A stretch of 64,000 nt of DNA from an uncultured Actinomycetota bacterium (GTDB taxonomy: Bacteria > Actinomycetota > Thermoleophilia > RBG-16-64-13). Location: the NCBI GenBank assembly GCA_963822135.1, contig CAWGGI010000007.1:7950-71949 (forward strand). Reading direction: 5' to 3'. Under the pieces are notes generated by a model that made no database searches, was not told where the DNA came from, and saw nothing but the letters and a program-made list of their open reading frames with translations. How positions within the stretch are numbered: position 1 is the first letter of the stretch; each line of letters opens with the position of its first letter. Of the stretch, positions 10,250 to 19,620 are shown piece by piece. A program made the position numbers and the translations under genes.

Positions 10250-12234
10250 TCAGACCGTTGCGCCGAACACGTATCCTTCCTCGATTGCCGCCGCAATCGA
10301 TCTGCCACCCCCGCTATCACCGATGACTTCGACGTTGAGTCCCAATTGGGCTAGTCCGTTTGCCAACTCCCTCACGGGACACACTCCGACTGCCAGAACA
10401 ATCTCGTCGCTTTCGATGCGGCGGACAATCCCATCCTTGTCGACAACGTCCACTGCAACCGGGCCCAGACCCGTCGCTCGTAGTCCGAGCTCTACTCGCA
10501 GATTCGGAGTCTTGTCTATTTCCCTCTTGAGGTACGCCCGCGCAAACTGCTCGGCGTCTACTGCCAGTTCGCCGATTTGTTCCACAATCACCACCTCACG
10601 ATCGCTATCCTCCAGCGCCAAGTACATGGCCGCTTCGCAACCTGTTGCGTTTCCGCCGATTACCGTTACCCGCTTCTCCGTCAGAACTCTATCGCCTCGC
10701 AAAACACTCCAGGCAGTGGTGACATTGGCTTGCCCCACCCCAGGAATCGAAGGAATCAGAGGTTCAGCTCCGGAAGCCAGGACAACAACATCCGGAGAGA
10801 GCTGTCGGACAGAGTCCATCGACTCTTCTGAGATCCTACTACCGAGCTCGATCTTCGCGCCGCTGCTAGCCAGCTCGTCAGTAAGAACTCCGAGCAACCA
10901 CAGGATCTTGTCCTTCCCGGGAGCACGATGCTGCAATGCGGAGTTGACCACCAAGCTCCGACGCGGCCTCAAACAGCGTGACGTCGTGTCCGCGGGCAGC
11001 AGCGACAGACGCGGCCTTCATCCCAGCGGGTCCCCCTCCAATCACCACTATCCGCTTCCTGGATGGCGGCGGGCTTAATCTGATCCCCGTCCTTTCCCCT
11101 CCCCAATTCAGGGTTGACAACGCAGCGTATTGTTTGCCCCGCCGGGTTGCGGACTCCGTCACAGTGGTTGCAGGAGAAGCATCTCCGAATTTCTTCCGCC
11201 CTCCCGCTGGCAGCCTTTGCTGGCCAGTCCGGATCAGCCAGTAGGCCTCGACCAATCGCAACAAAATCGGCCTGCCCTTTCTCCAGAATTTCCTCGGCGA
11301 CCTTCGGCTCCCGTATCACTCCAACGGTGATCACTGGAATCGTGACCGCCTTCTTGATCGCCTCTGCAAGAAAGGCTTTTCGAGCTGGAGCCGCGTAAAT
11401 CGGATCGACCGCCCAGTCAAAATCAGGGCCCACTCCCGCCGTGATGTGCAGGCCAGACAGACCGGCCTCTTCAAACCGCCGGGCAACCACCTGCGATTCC
11501 TCGAGCGACCTACCCCCCGGGACGAACTCCTTGCCAGAGAATCGAATAGTGAGCGGGAAGTTGGGGCCCACCAGCTCTTTGGCTCGACGGATGATACTGA
11601 GCGGGAAGCGCAGTCTATTCTCCAGACTACCGCCCCATTTGTCGGATCTAGAGTTGAAGTACGGCGACATGAACTCGGCCACGAGATAGCCGTGCGCCCC
11701 ATGCAATTCCACCGAATCGTAGCCGGCCTTTTTGGCTCGCAATACAGCCTGGGCGTGGCGTTCGATGATTTCCTCGATCTCAGCGTCGGTAAGTACGTGC
11801 GGCTGAGAGCTGGCTAGCCCCCCGGGGACAGCAGAGGGCGCAACCAACTCAAGGCCCTCCGTCCACTCTCGAAGGGTGTTTGCGCCGGCATGATGCAGCT
11901 GTATTGACGCGCGAGCACCCGCCAAGTGGATGGCATCTACCAGATTGGAGTGGCCGGCAATCAGCTTGTCGTCATGGAGGGCCAACTGGGACGCGTGTCC
12001 CTTGCCGCGCGGGTAGTCCACGCACGTGAACTCAACGATGATGAGTCCAACCCCACCTTCTGCACGCCTCCGATAGTGATCGATGGTCCTTTGAGTAACG
12101 CCCCCTGTGTCGGAGGCGGTCTGGGTTCCCATCGGCGGCATCAGGATGCGGTTCTTGATCTGCAGATTTCCGATGTAACCTGGCTCGAAAAGCCTCGGGA
12201 AGTACGGATTCCGGCCGCCTAGCCTGAACGACAT
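10250..12234 (-). pseudogene. FMN/Fe-S/FAD oxidoreductase of the 2,4-dienoyl-CoA reductase / enoate reductase family, 2 frameshifts as sequenced
   Basis: OYE-like barrel (..ILMPPMGTQ.., ..IQLHHAG.., ..VELHGAHGYL..), Cys cluster CFSCNHC..C, then VVIGGGPAGM and VTVIGGNATGCE dinucleotide folds. Pieces 10969..12234, 10878..11264 and 10250..10972. Confidence 0.75.
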
Positions 12235-12281
12235 GAGTGCTTGCCTCCCTCTTGAGCAGCAATTGGACAGAGTGATGAGTA

Positions 12282-12293
12282 TCTGCTAGCAGA
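12282..12293. promoter_or_regulatory. perfect 12-bp palindrome, candidate operator upstream of the FadH-like gene
   Basis: TCTGCTAGCAGA, 48 nt upstream of ATG 12234. It lies between that gene and the XRE-cupin regulator gene. Confidence 0.35.
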
Positions 12294-12443
12294 CCAGCGA
12301 AAAGGCCCAACCGATCTTATCGCCTGCGCTTCTTCTGACGCATCGCCGGGCGTCCTGCCCTACGTCGTTCGATCAAGAAAGGACTGCCTGGCCCGAGACT
12401 CTTCGCTACCTTTCCTCTCGGGCCGACGATGCATCCAACCTGG

Positions 12444-13172
12444 TTACCTTCCCCGCATCACAAACCAGATGGATCGCGATGGCACGCGGGCCTTATTCTC
12501 GAGGCGGTGCGGTACCGTGGAGTCAAACGACATGCTGTCGCCAGCTTTGAGTACCACCTCTTCTTCAAACCCAAGGGAGACTGTCAGCTCACCTGCAACT
12601 ACAAGGACGTAATCCCACCCTGCGTGCTGCATAAACGATTCGCCCGGGCGCGAAGAAGCACCAGGGTGGTAGGTGACTTCAATGAACTCTCCGCGGGGGT
12701 CAGCGTGAACTGTTAGCAACTGCCATTCAATAGGTGCGCGATCTCCGTCTATCGTGATGGTCTTTCGGTTCGCAGCCCGAACAACAGAACGTTCCACCAG
12801 AGTCTGCGGCGGGCTCTCCTGGCGGGGTTCTACGGCCACCAAACTCGCCCGTTGAGAAGGGTCGATGGACACGAGCGCGGCCCCACCGGCTGAAAGGGCT
12901 TGTCTGATCGTCGGAGCCGATGCGTCCGCCTCAGTTTCGAAGAATTCTCCCGGGGAGACACCCAGAGCAGTAGCCAAGGCGAACAAGGATTTCGAGGTAC
13001 CGCCGCTGATTCCGCGTTCAATCTGACTGATGCTGCTAGCCGTCAGGTTGGTTGCCGCGGCCAACTCTCGGAGGCTCATCCCCGACCGCGTTCTTAGTTC
13101 CTTGACCTTCCGCCCCAGCCCTTCCGGTGCCTGAGGTGAACTCTTTCTTCGCTGCGTACTGGCTTGCTGCAT
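12444..13172 (-). CDS. XRE-family transcriptional regulator with C-terminal cupin domain
   Basis: Intact 242-aa ORF. HTH (..LRELAAATNLTASSISQIERG..). Cupin (..EVTYHPGASS..HAGWDYVLVVAGELTV..GDSMSFDSTVPHRLEN). Confidence 0.85.
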   Translation of the reverse strand: MQQASTQRRKSSPQAPEGLGRKVKELRTRSGMSLRELAAATNLTASSISQIERGISGGTSKSLFALATALGVSPGEFFETEADASAPTIRQALSAGGAALVSIDPSQRASLVAVEPRQESPPQTLVERSVVRAANRKTITIDGDRAPIEWQLLTVHADPRGEFIEVTYHPGASSRPGESFMQHAGWDYVLVVAGELTVSLGFEEEVVLKAGDSMSFDSTVPHRLENKARVPSRSIWFVMRGR

Positions 13173-13374
13173 CTAAGCCCCCACGGATTGCAGAACTAAC
13201 AAATCTTCACGCGAATCATCCCAACACCCAGGGGGTGTTGGCTCGGTGACAAGGTTCAAATCCCTGCATGCACGGCCGCTGGGACTGGTCAAGCCTACAC
13301 CCCACCAATTCATCAGGGTCCCCCGCTCGTTGTTCTAAATACTACACATGAGTGCCCTATGATGTAAAGAGGTA

Positions 13375-13404
13375 TTGACGCGGCACGACGACGGTTTGTA
13401 TGCT
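13375..13404 (+). promoter_or_regulatory. candidate promoter for the 13486 dehydrogenase gene
   Basis: TTGACG (13375-13380), an 18-nt spacer, then TATGCT (13399-13404) preceded by TG. Confidence 0.4.
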
Positions 13405-13485
13405 GGAGGCTCACTGCTGTCGGCTAGCATGTGGTCATCGACGGGTCGACAGACATGTATGCAGTCGGGTCCGAAGGGAGACGTG

Positions 13486-14604
13486 ATGAGAGCGGTCGTT
13501 TACCACGGAGCGAAAGATGTCAGAATCGAAGATGTTCCAGAGCCGGGAGCGCTAGGTCCTGACGATGTCCTCTTCCGGCCACGATTCTGCGGGATATGCG
13601 GAACCGACCTCCACGAATATGTCGAAGGGCCGAAGATTGTTCCGAGCAAGCCTCACACGCTCACCGGTGCGATGGCGCCACAGATCATGGGTCACGAATG
13701 CACCGGGGATGTGGTGGCAGTTGGAGACCGGGTCACAAATGTGAAGGCAGGGGATCGAGTGGCCATCATGCCCCTGATCTACTGCGGGAAGTGCTATTTC
13801 TGCCGTCGCGGCCTCAATCATCTCTGCGAAATCCAGGCTGCTTTCGGCCTCAGCTACGCTTGGGGCGGTTTCGCCGAACTCGCCGTAGCACCTGACTATG
13901 AAATGGTGCCCATTCCCGACAATGTCACCTACGAGCAGGGTGCACTGGTTGAACCTGCAGCGGTCGCCGCATACGCAGTGGAACGGACTGGGGTGCAAGC
14001 AGGCGAAAACGTCTTGATTGCCGGGGCGGGACCGATAGGAACTCTGGCGGCACTATACGCGATGGCAATCGGTGCAGGGAAGGTCTACGTGTCGGAGACT
14101 AACCCCCAGCGGCTGAAGCTCGCGCGCACGCTTGGAGTCGCGGAGGTCTTCGATCCAATTCGCATGGAGAAGGGCAGGAAGAGCTCCCGAGAGGAAGGCA
14201 CCGGCGTGTTCGACCCTTCCCGGAGCGCTCTGGTCGACGTCCTGAGAGAACTGACCAATGGTGTCGGAGTCGACAGAGCTGTTGACTGCACCGGAACTGA
14301 AGCTGGATTGGCAGCCTGCATAAACGCCACGAGGGCGAGGGGTACGGTTGTCGAGGCAGCCCTTCACATGAAGCCACCGGCAGTAGACATGTATGGACTA
14401 GCGCTGAAAGACATGACTGTCACCGGCACATGGTGCTATTACGTGTATGACTTCCCGAGGTACCTAGCCCTCATCGGAACTGGGCGGTTCCCCGTTGAGA
14501 AGATCGTCACATCCGAAATCCCGTTCGAGGACATCGTTGACAAGGGATTCGAGGTGCTTATCAATCCAAGCGGCGAGGCAACCAAAGTCCTCGTGCACCC
14601 ATAG
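13486..14604 (+). CDS. zinc-dependent alcohol/polyol dehydrogenase (MDR family, butanediol/sorbitol DH-like)
   Basis: ATG 13486 behind AAGGGAGA. GHECTGDV, CGKCYFCRRG, IAGAGPIG. Confidence 0.85.
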   Translation: MRAVVYHGAKDVRIEDVPEPGALGPDDVLFRPRFCGICGTDLHEYVEGPKIVPSKPHTLTGAMAPQIMGHECTGDVVAVGDRVTNVKAGDRVAIMPLIYCGKCYFCRRGLNHLCEIQAAFGLSYAWGGFAELAVAPDYEMVPIPDNVTYEQGALVEPAAVAAYAVERTGVQAGENVLIAGAGPIGTLAALYAMAIGAGKVYVSETNPQRLKLARTLGVAEVFDPIRMEKGRKSSREEGTGVFDPSRSALVDVLRELTNGVGVDRAVDCTGTEAGLAACINATRARGTVVEAALHMKPPAVDMYGLALKDMTVTGTWCYYVYDFPRYLALIGTGRFPVEKIVTSEIPFEDIVDKGFEVLINPSGEATKVLVHP

Positions 14605-14806
14605 TCGCCTAGATACGCAGTACTCAGTCGGGTCGGTCGGGCATGGCCGCCAGAGTGCTGTCTGCACATCCGAGACAGCCGGTTCCTGAGTACAGGAAGT
14701 GGGGCTTTCGGACGCCGGTTCATGTCCTGCCGCCTCTCGGCGAGTTACAGTGCGGGCCGCAGGTCGGGTGCGTAATCCAAGTGGACCCCTCGGTGCGGGT
14801 GAGACA

Positions 14807-16115
14807 GTGGCGATTGACGTTCGGGCGGCGAGACGAGGACCGGCTACTGCGAAGCCGGGGCGCATAGGCACGGTGTTTCTCTCTGGGTTCGCGATCGGCA
14901 TAGCGCTGATTCTTTACCCCGCCGCCGGCCCACTCTTCACTAGCGCTAACTACTACGGTCTGACAAGCGCAGAGTATGGACTCCTCTTCCTTCCTGAGAT
15001 ACTAGGCGCCATCGTCGCAGCCCTGCTCGTGCGGCGTTGGGGCGCGAAGCTTGGCGTAAAGAGAATGATGTTCGCCGGGACAAGCTCATCGATGTTCTCG
15101 ATGGTTCTGTTCCTGTCGACAACGCAACTCTTGCTTATAGTCAGCTGACCTATGCGATACTTCTGATTGGCACAGCTGCTACGGGTATCGGCTTCGCCAC
15201 AACCCAGAGCATATTGAACGTCTATGCATTCGAGATGTTCAGAAATCGTCCCAGCGCCTCGGTCACATTACTTCACATGGTGAGTACTGTGGGCTCGGTG
15301 TCCGGCCCCCTAATCCTCAGCGCGTTTCTCGGAGCCGGCATCTTCTGGGGAGCGCCCCTGGCGATCGTCGTCTTGCTCTGCATTCTCCTTGTGCTGCAGG
15401 CCCGATTTGTGCCCTCCCTCCATCGAGCGCGATCTCAGCGAGTTGCGCGCAGCGCGGGCGCGAACGAGACTGCCGAGAGTGTGGCTCTGGGCGGCTTTGG
15501 CTCTGTTCTATGGTTGCGCTGAGGCCACCTTCAGCAACTGGGGTTCGATATTCGCCAACGCGGATAGAGGTCTATCTATCGCTGCAGCCGCATTGGCTCT
15601 GTCCGTCTTCTGGGCTGCCGTGACTGCTGGTCGGGCCGCCTTCGCTGTTGTCGCGGCGCGCTCTCGGCAGAGCCTGCAATGGGGTCTCTTCCTTGGTTTC
15701 GCCCTTTGTAATGGCGCTGGCGTTCTTTGTGTTGCCTTCGCTAACGTGGCGCCAGTGCAGTGGTCGCGGGCTTCGCGCTCGCCGGCCTGGGATGCTCGTA
15801 TTTCTTCCCGAGCTCGATTGGCCTGAGCGTCGCAGGAGCACCCCGACGTGGTCTCCAGGGTATCCGGCACGATGACTGCGGCCCTCTTCCTGGGGGTGGG
15901 AATTGGATCGAATCTCCCGGGTTTCCTTCGAGGAGCAGTCGATTTGGGACACATCATCACCGCAAGTGCGGGTTACGCGCTTGCCACGGGAGCCCTTGCC
16001 ATCTTCATAACACTCACGAGAGGGGGACGGCGCGAGAGGCAGTTGAAGGAACCGTGTGAGCAAAGACAAGGCATACAGGAGCCAAATCATCCGAGGAAGG
16101 GGAGTAGTGCGATGA
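14807..16115 (+). pseudogene. MFS-type transporter, at least 4 frameshifts as sequenced
   Basis: Consecutive TM-rich pieces from ORFs 14699, 15037, 15389, 15760 and 15848 (..GTVFLSGFAIGIALILYPAAGPLF.., ..ILLIGTAATGIGFATTQS.., ..LWAALALFYGCAEATFSNWGS.., ..AGFALAGLGCSYFFPSSIGL.., ..MTAALFLGVGIGSNLPGFL..). Start (GTG 14807) and end (TGA 16113-16115) are inferred. Confidence 0.55.
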
Positions 16116-16479
16116 GTCAGAAGGTCTTTAGAATCACCAAGGACAGTACCTGGATTGTGGATCCTCACCGGCACGAACAGACGCATGCGTATCCGCTCAT
16201 AAATCCCAAGACTTGTCCCGGCGCGCAACTGGAGTTCCACATCACAGAAATACGTGCGGGCGGCGGTCGGGCCCTCGACGATGTGCATCCAAACGAGGAC
16301 CACGTCTTCTATGTCCTCTCGGGCCGCGCGACGGCAAGAGTTGGGGATGAGATGTATTCGTGGAGCCGGGAGACGCGCTCTGGGTCCCCAAGGACACGAC
16401 ACACAACTTCGACGTTGTCGGGGGTGAGACGTTTCGAGTCGCTGTCGTCTTCGCGCCGGCTCGCCCGATTTGGGGCTGA
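16112..16479 (+). pseudogene. cupin-domain protein, one frameshift as sequenced
   Basis: ATG 16112 behind GAGGAAGGGGAG. ..HPNEDHVFYVLSGRATARVGDEMY, then one base out of frame VEPGDALWVPKDTTHNFDVVGGETFRVAVVFAPARPIWG*. Confidence 0.6.
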
Positions 16480-16526
16480 GCGTGCGGGCTCAGAGGCGCG
16501 AAATCTAGCGTCCAAGGAGGAAGAGC

Positions 16527-17398
16527 GTGCTACACCTTTCCTACCACTCGAACGGGTTGTTCTCATTGCCACTGCAGTCAGGCGATCGAGGAGGTCTCTC
16601 GAGCCGGCTACGAGGGGATTGACCTTACTCTCTCCGCGGAGCATCTCGATCCCTATGTAGTCACCAATGATGAGTTGGACGGGCTCCACGAACTGCTCGC
16701 ACGCCTGAACTTAAGGCCGGTTTGTGTCGACACCGGGTGGTCAACGCTCCTGAGTAGCGTGCCCTTCGAACCATCCTTGATTTCGCCCGAAGCTCAGGCC
16801 CGTGAGGAAAGGATCGGAGTCATCCGAAGAGGGCTTGAGATCGCGAACTACCTCGGGACCCCAGTCGTCACGTTCACGAGCGGCGTCCGTCATCCGAGAA
16901 GTTTCACCTGAGCAGGCGTCAATGTGGCTGCCAAGAGGGTGTGAAGGCGTGCCTTGATACAGCGGGCAACGCCGCCCTCTTGATCGAGCCCGAGGCCCCG
17001 GTCCAGGCTACACAATGGGACTGTTCTCTACTCGTTCATCGAAAGGATCAGCGAAGCGATTAGCCTGATTGACGCAGTCAAGCTCGCCGCGGTTTCTGAT
17101 GGCGACAGACATCTGCCACGCCTATTGCTCCGAAGAAGACCTACTGCTAGCAATTGAGCAGGCGATGCCGTACACGAGGCATATGCACGTAGCCGATATC
17201 ATTGGCAAGGTTCACCATCATGAGCTTCTGGGGCAAGGCGAAATCGATCTACCCGCAGCGCTTGCGCTGGCTGACTCCCTTGGATATGACGGCTATCTAA
17301 GCGTCGAGCTGATGTCGCATTCTGACGTGTGGGAAACCGCTTTGAAGCCCAGCCTCGATTACCTGGTCGCTGCCCTCGGCGGGGGCCAGAGAGGCTGA
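16527..17398 (+). pseudogene. sugar phosphate isomerase/epimerase-like (xylose isomerase-like TIM barrel) protein, about 5 frameshifts as sequenced
   Basis: GTG 16527 behind AAGGAGG. Segments ..AIEEVSRAGYEGIDLTLSAEHLDP.., ..IANYLGTPVVTFTSG.., ..NAALLIEPEAP.., ..MATDICHAYCSEEDLLLAIEQAMPYTRHMHVADI..GQGEIDLPA..GYDGYLSVELM lie in successive different frames. Confidence 0.55.
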
Positions 17399-17402
17399 AG
17401 AT

Positions 17403-17832
17403 ATGAGGAGAGAAATCGAACGTGTTCAGTGGCCGGATGCGCCGGATACGTGGATGCCGTACGCCCCCGCCATCAAAGTCAGAGGCGGCACCTTCGTGTT
17501 TCTGTCCGGGGTCACCGCCGCGCCTGTCTATCACAATCATCCCCATCGTCCGGAGGAGTTCGCCGCTATGCCAATGGACATGGAGGGCCAGGTGCGGGTT
17601 ACGCTGGACAATCTGAGGCGATCTCTCGCGGCCGCTGGGGCTGCCCTTGCGGACGTAGTGGCGATCAGTTGGTATCTTACGGACATGTCAGGCCAAGACG
17701 TGGTGAACAGGTTATGGTTGGAGTGCGTTGGGGAATTCGCGCCGACAGATACCAAGGTGGAGGTAGGAAGCGTTAGCTCCCGACCCCCGCTGCATGGTCG
17801 AGGCCAAGGTCATTGCTGTGATCGATGCTTAG
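17403..17832 (+). pseudogene. RidA/YjgF (endoribonuclease L-PSP) family protein, one frameshift near the 3' end
   Basis: ..PYAPAIKVRGGTFVFLSGVTA.., ..EGQVRVTLDNLRRSLAAAGAALADVVAISWYLTDM.., then shifted tail CMVEAKVIAVIDA*. Confidence 0.6.
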
Positions 17833-17912
17833 CGCCATGTGATTTCTCTGGCGGTCAATTGATCCTCCTTGTTCAGCCATTTGGGCCCTGGGGCCCATAG
17901 GCGCCGTCGACG

Positions 17913-18619
17913 ATGCAAATGAATGGCTCGGAATCTGACACTATCGGTCGTCGTGCATTTCTAGGCTTGGTCGGCCTTGGCTTGGGTGCTTTTCTCTTTG
18001 GTCCACGACTCATCCCCAGGCTCATGAGTCTTGGTGGTGAAGCCGCGGCTTTCCCGATCAGGAGCGTAATCCCTGGGCCGTCGTTTGATTCTAACGAGTG
18101 GAGGCTACAGGTAGATGGTCTAGTCCAGAAGCCACTCGAGCTGTCGTTTCCGGAGATCAAGAACCTGGCACAAGCGGAACTGACGGAGGACTTTCGGTGC
18201 ATTGAGGGATGGCAGGTTGCCGACGCGCATTGGACAGGCGTTAGAGTATCGGAAGTTCTCCGGCTCGCCCAAATCAAACCCGAAGCTACGCACCTGGATT
18301 TCTACTCCGGATGCGGTAGCTATGCGACGCTGTCGGTCGAGGAAGGGTATCGCGGAACAGTTATCTCTGCCCCATGACCTAGATAGTCAACCACTAACGC
18401 ACCAGGAGTCACGGAAGCCCCTTGCGTCTCGTCGTCGGTGGCGAGGATGGCTTTAAGTCCGTCAAGCGGGTGGTTCGCGTGGAAGCGTTCACGGCTGGCG
18501 AGAACGGACACTATGTCCGCCTCCCTATATGGCGCTTCAGTAACAGGGGCCGCGACATCATATTAAGCTCCGGCGGGCAAGCAACAAACCGTGCCGGAAG
18601 GCGCTGCTACGTCCCCTAA
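17913..18619 (+). pseudogene. Tat-exported sulfite-oxidase-family molybdopterin-binding protein, 2 frameshifts as sequenced
   Basis: Twin-arginine signal GRRAFLGLVGLGLGAFL. ..EWRLQVDGLVQKPLELSFPEIKNL..DFRCIEGWQVADAHWTGVRVSEVL.., then shifted ..HDLDSQPLT.. and ..RLVVGGEDGFKSVKRVVRVE. 3' end uncertain. Confidence 0.55.
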
Positions 18620-18774
18620 ATAGGTCGTGTCTGTCAAATTGTGCAAAAGTGGATAGAGGCTGCGCGGTAAGCAGAATGGCCCGAATGTAAGCCAACGGAG
18701 CGAGGGAGCGGCATCACGCTGGACGCTGACGCCAGCCACTCCTGCCTATTTCCAGGCCTTTTTCCTCGCTAGAA

Positions 18775-18850
18775 GGAGCCGGTGTGGGGACTTGAACCCC
18801 AAACCTGCTGATTACAAATCAGCTGCTCTACCATTGAGCTACACCGGCCC
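18775..18850 (-). tRNA. tRNA-Thr (anticodon UGU)
   Basis: Minus-strand read GGGCCGGTGTAGCTCAATGGTAGAGCAGCTGATTTGTAATCAGCAGGTTTGGGGTTCAAGTCCCCACACCGGCTCC folds as a cloverleaf. It has a 7-bp acceptor stem (one G-U), a D-arm, an anticodon stem GCTGA/TCAGC with loop TT-TGT-AA, and a T-arm TGGGG-TTCAAGT-CCCCA. CCA is not encoded. Confidence 0.9.
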
Positions 18851-18941
18851 GAGATGCCGCCCGCGGTCGCGGCGGCTCCGCTTCGCTCCAGCGCTGTCCG
18901 CGCCCGCTGATTCTACCGCGCACACGGCCACGACGCTCGCA

Positions 18942-18969
18942 TTGACAACCCGGATCAACGGCCTAGCAT
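18942..18969 (+). promoter_or_regulatory. candidate sigma-A promoter for the DUF3303-like gene
   Basis: TTGACA (18942-18947), a 16-nt spacer, then TAGCAT (18964-18969). Confidence 0.4.
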
Positions 18970-19055
18970 GGATTCAGTAGGACCCGCTCGCATCGGTACT
19001 CCGTCCCTCTCCGCTCCACCGCTACAATGCGACCCGTTCCGAACGGAGGTGCACC

Positions 19056-19325
19056 ATGTTGTTCGTGACGATCGGCAAAGTCAGGGCAGGAACGACCAAA
19101 GAGCGAGTGGCCCGTAGGATGCAGTGGTCATATCCGGAGGGTATGCGGTTGATAGCCGAGTACTGGCTCCAGAACTACGACGCCGAGTTGGTGGTGGTCG
19201 CGGAAGCCGACAGTATCGCTCCCATCCTGGCCGCCACCAGCGCGTGGGACGACGTCTTCAGCTTCACCGTTACCCCGGCCGTCACAGCCGAACAGGGCCT
19301 CGAAATCGCCAAACGCATGAGTTGA
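19056..19325 (+). CDS. small conserved hypothetical protein (DUF3303-like pattern)
   Basis: Intact 89-aa ORF behind GGAGG. MLFVTIGKVRAGTTKERV..PEGMRLIAEYWLQ..AELVVVAEADS..W.DVFSFTVTPAV resembles the DUF3303 layout as I remember it. Not verified. Confidence 0.45.
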   Translation: MLFVTIGKVRAGTTKERVARRMQWSYPEGMRLIAEYWLQNYDAELVVVAEADSIAPILAATSAWDDVFSFTVTPAVTAEQGLEIAKRMS

Positions 19326-19495
19326 CCCGGAACCGAGAGCATGGGTTCGCTTCGATGACCAGCGACATGTCCCGGCCGATGCGAGCGGTCCGGCAGCGCA
19401 GTGCGTCTCGCCGACGATGAACCCCGAGTCGGCGCCGCCACCAAGCGCCGCAGCCAAACGCCGCGCACCCGCGTGACAGGCCCCTCACAATGACG

Positions 19496-19527
19496 GGCGC
19501 CGGCCGGACTTGCGTCCGGCCGGCGCC
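19496..19527. terminator. GC-rich hairpin between convergent genes (DUF3303-like gene and A2M)
   Basis: ggcgccggccggac-ttgc-gtccggccggcgcc, a perfect 14-bp stem with a 4-nt loop. No U-tract on either strand. Confidence 0.55.
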
Positions 19528-19620
19528 GCCACCCCCTCCAAACACCCGGTTGGCCCACGCCCACACCAGGCGGTTGGTCACTTCACGTCGCCGGCGGAGA
19601 GGTTCCCCGCGGACGACGGC

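Noticed and set aside
9832-10320. ORF fragments in the 9.6-10.25 kb spacer, as remnants of a transposase or integrase that might explain the accessory region.
   Set aside because: No DDE, HTH, tyrosine- or serine-recombinase motifs were recognisable in any frame, and I saw no terminal inverted repeats.
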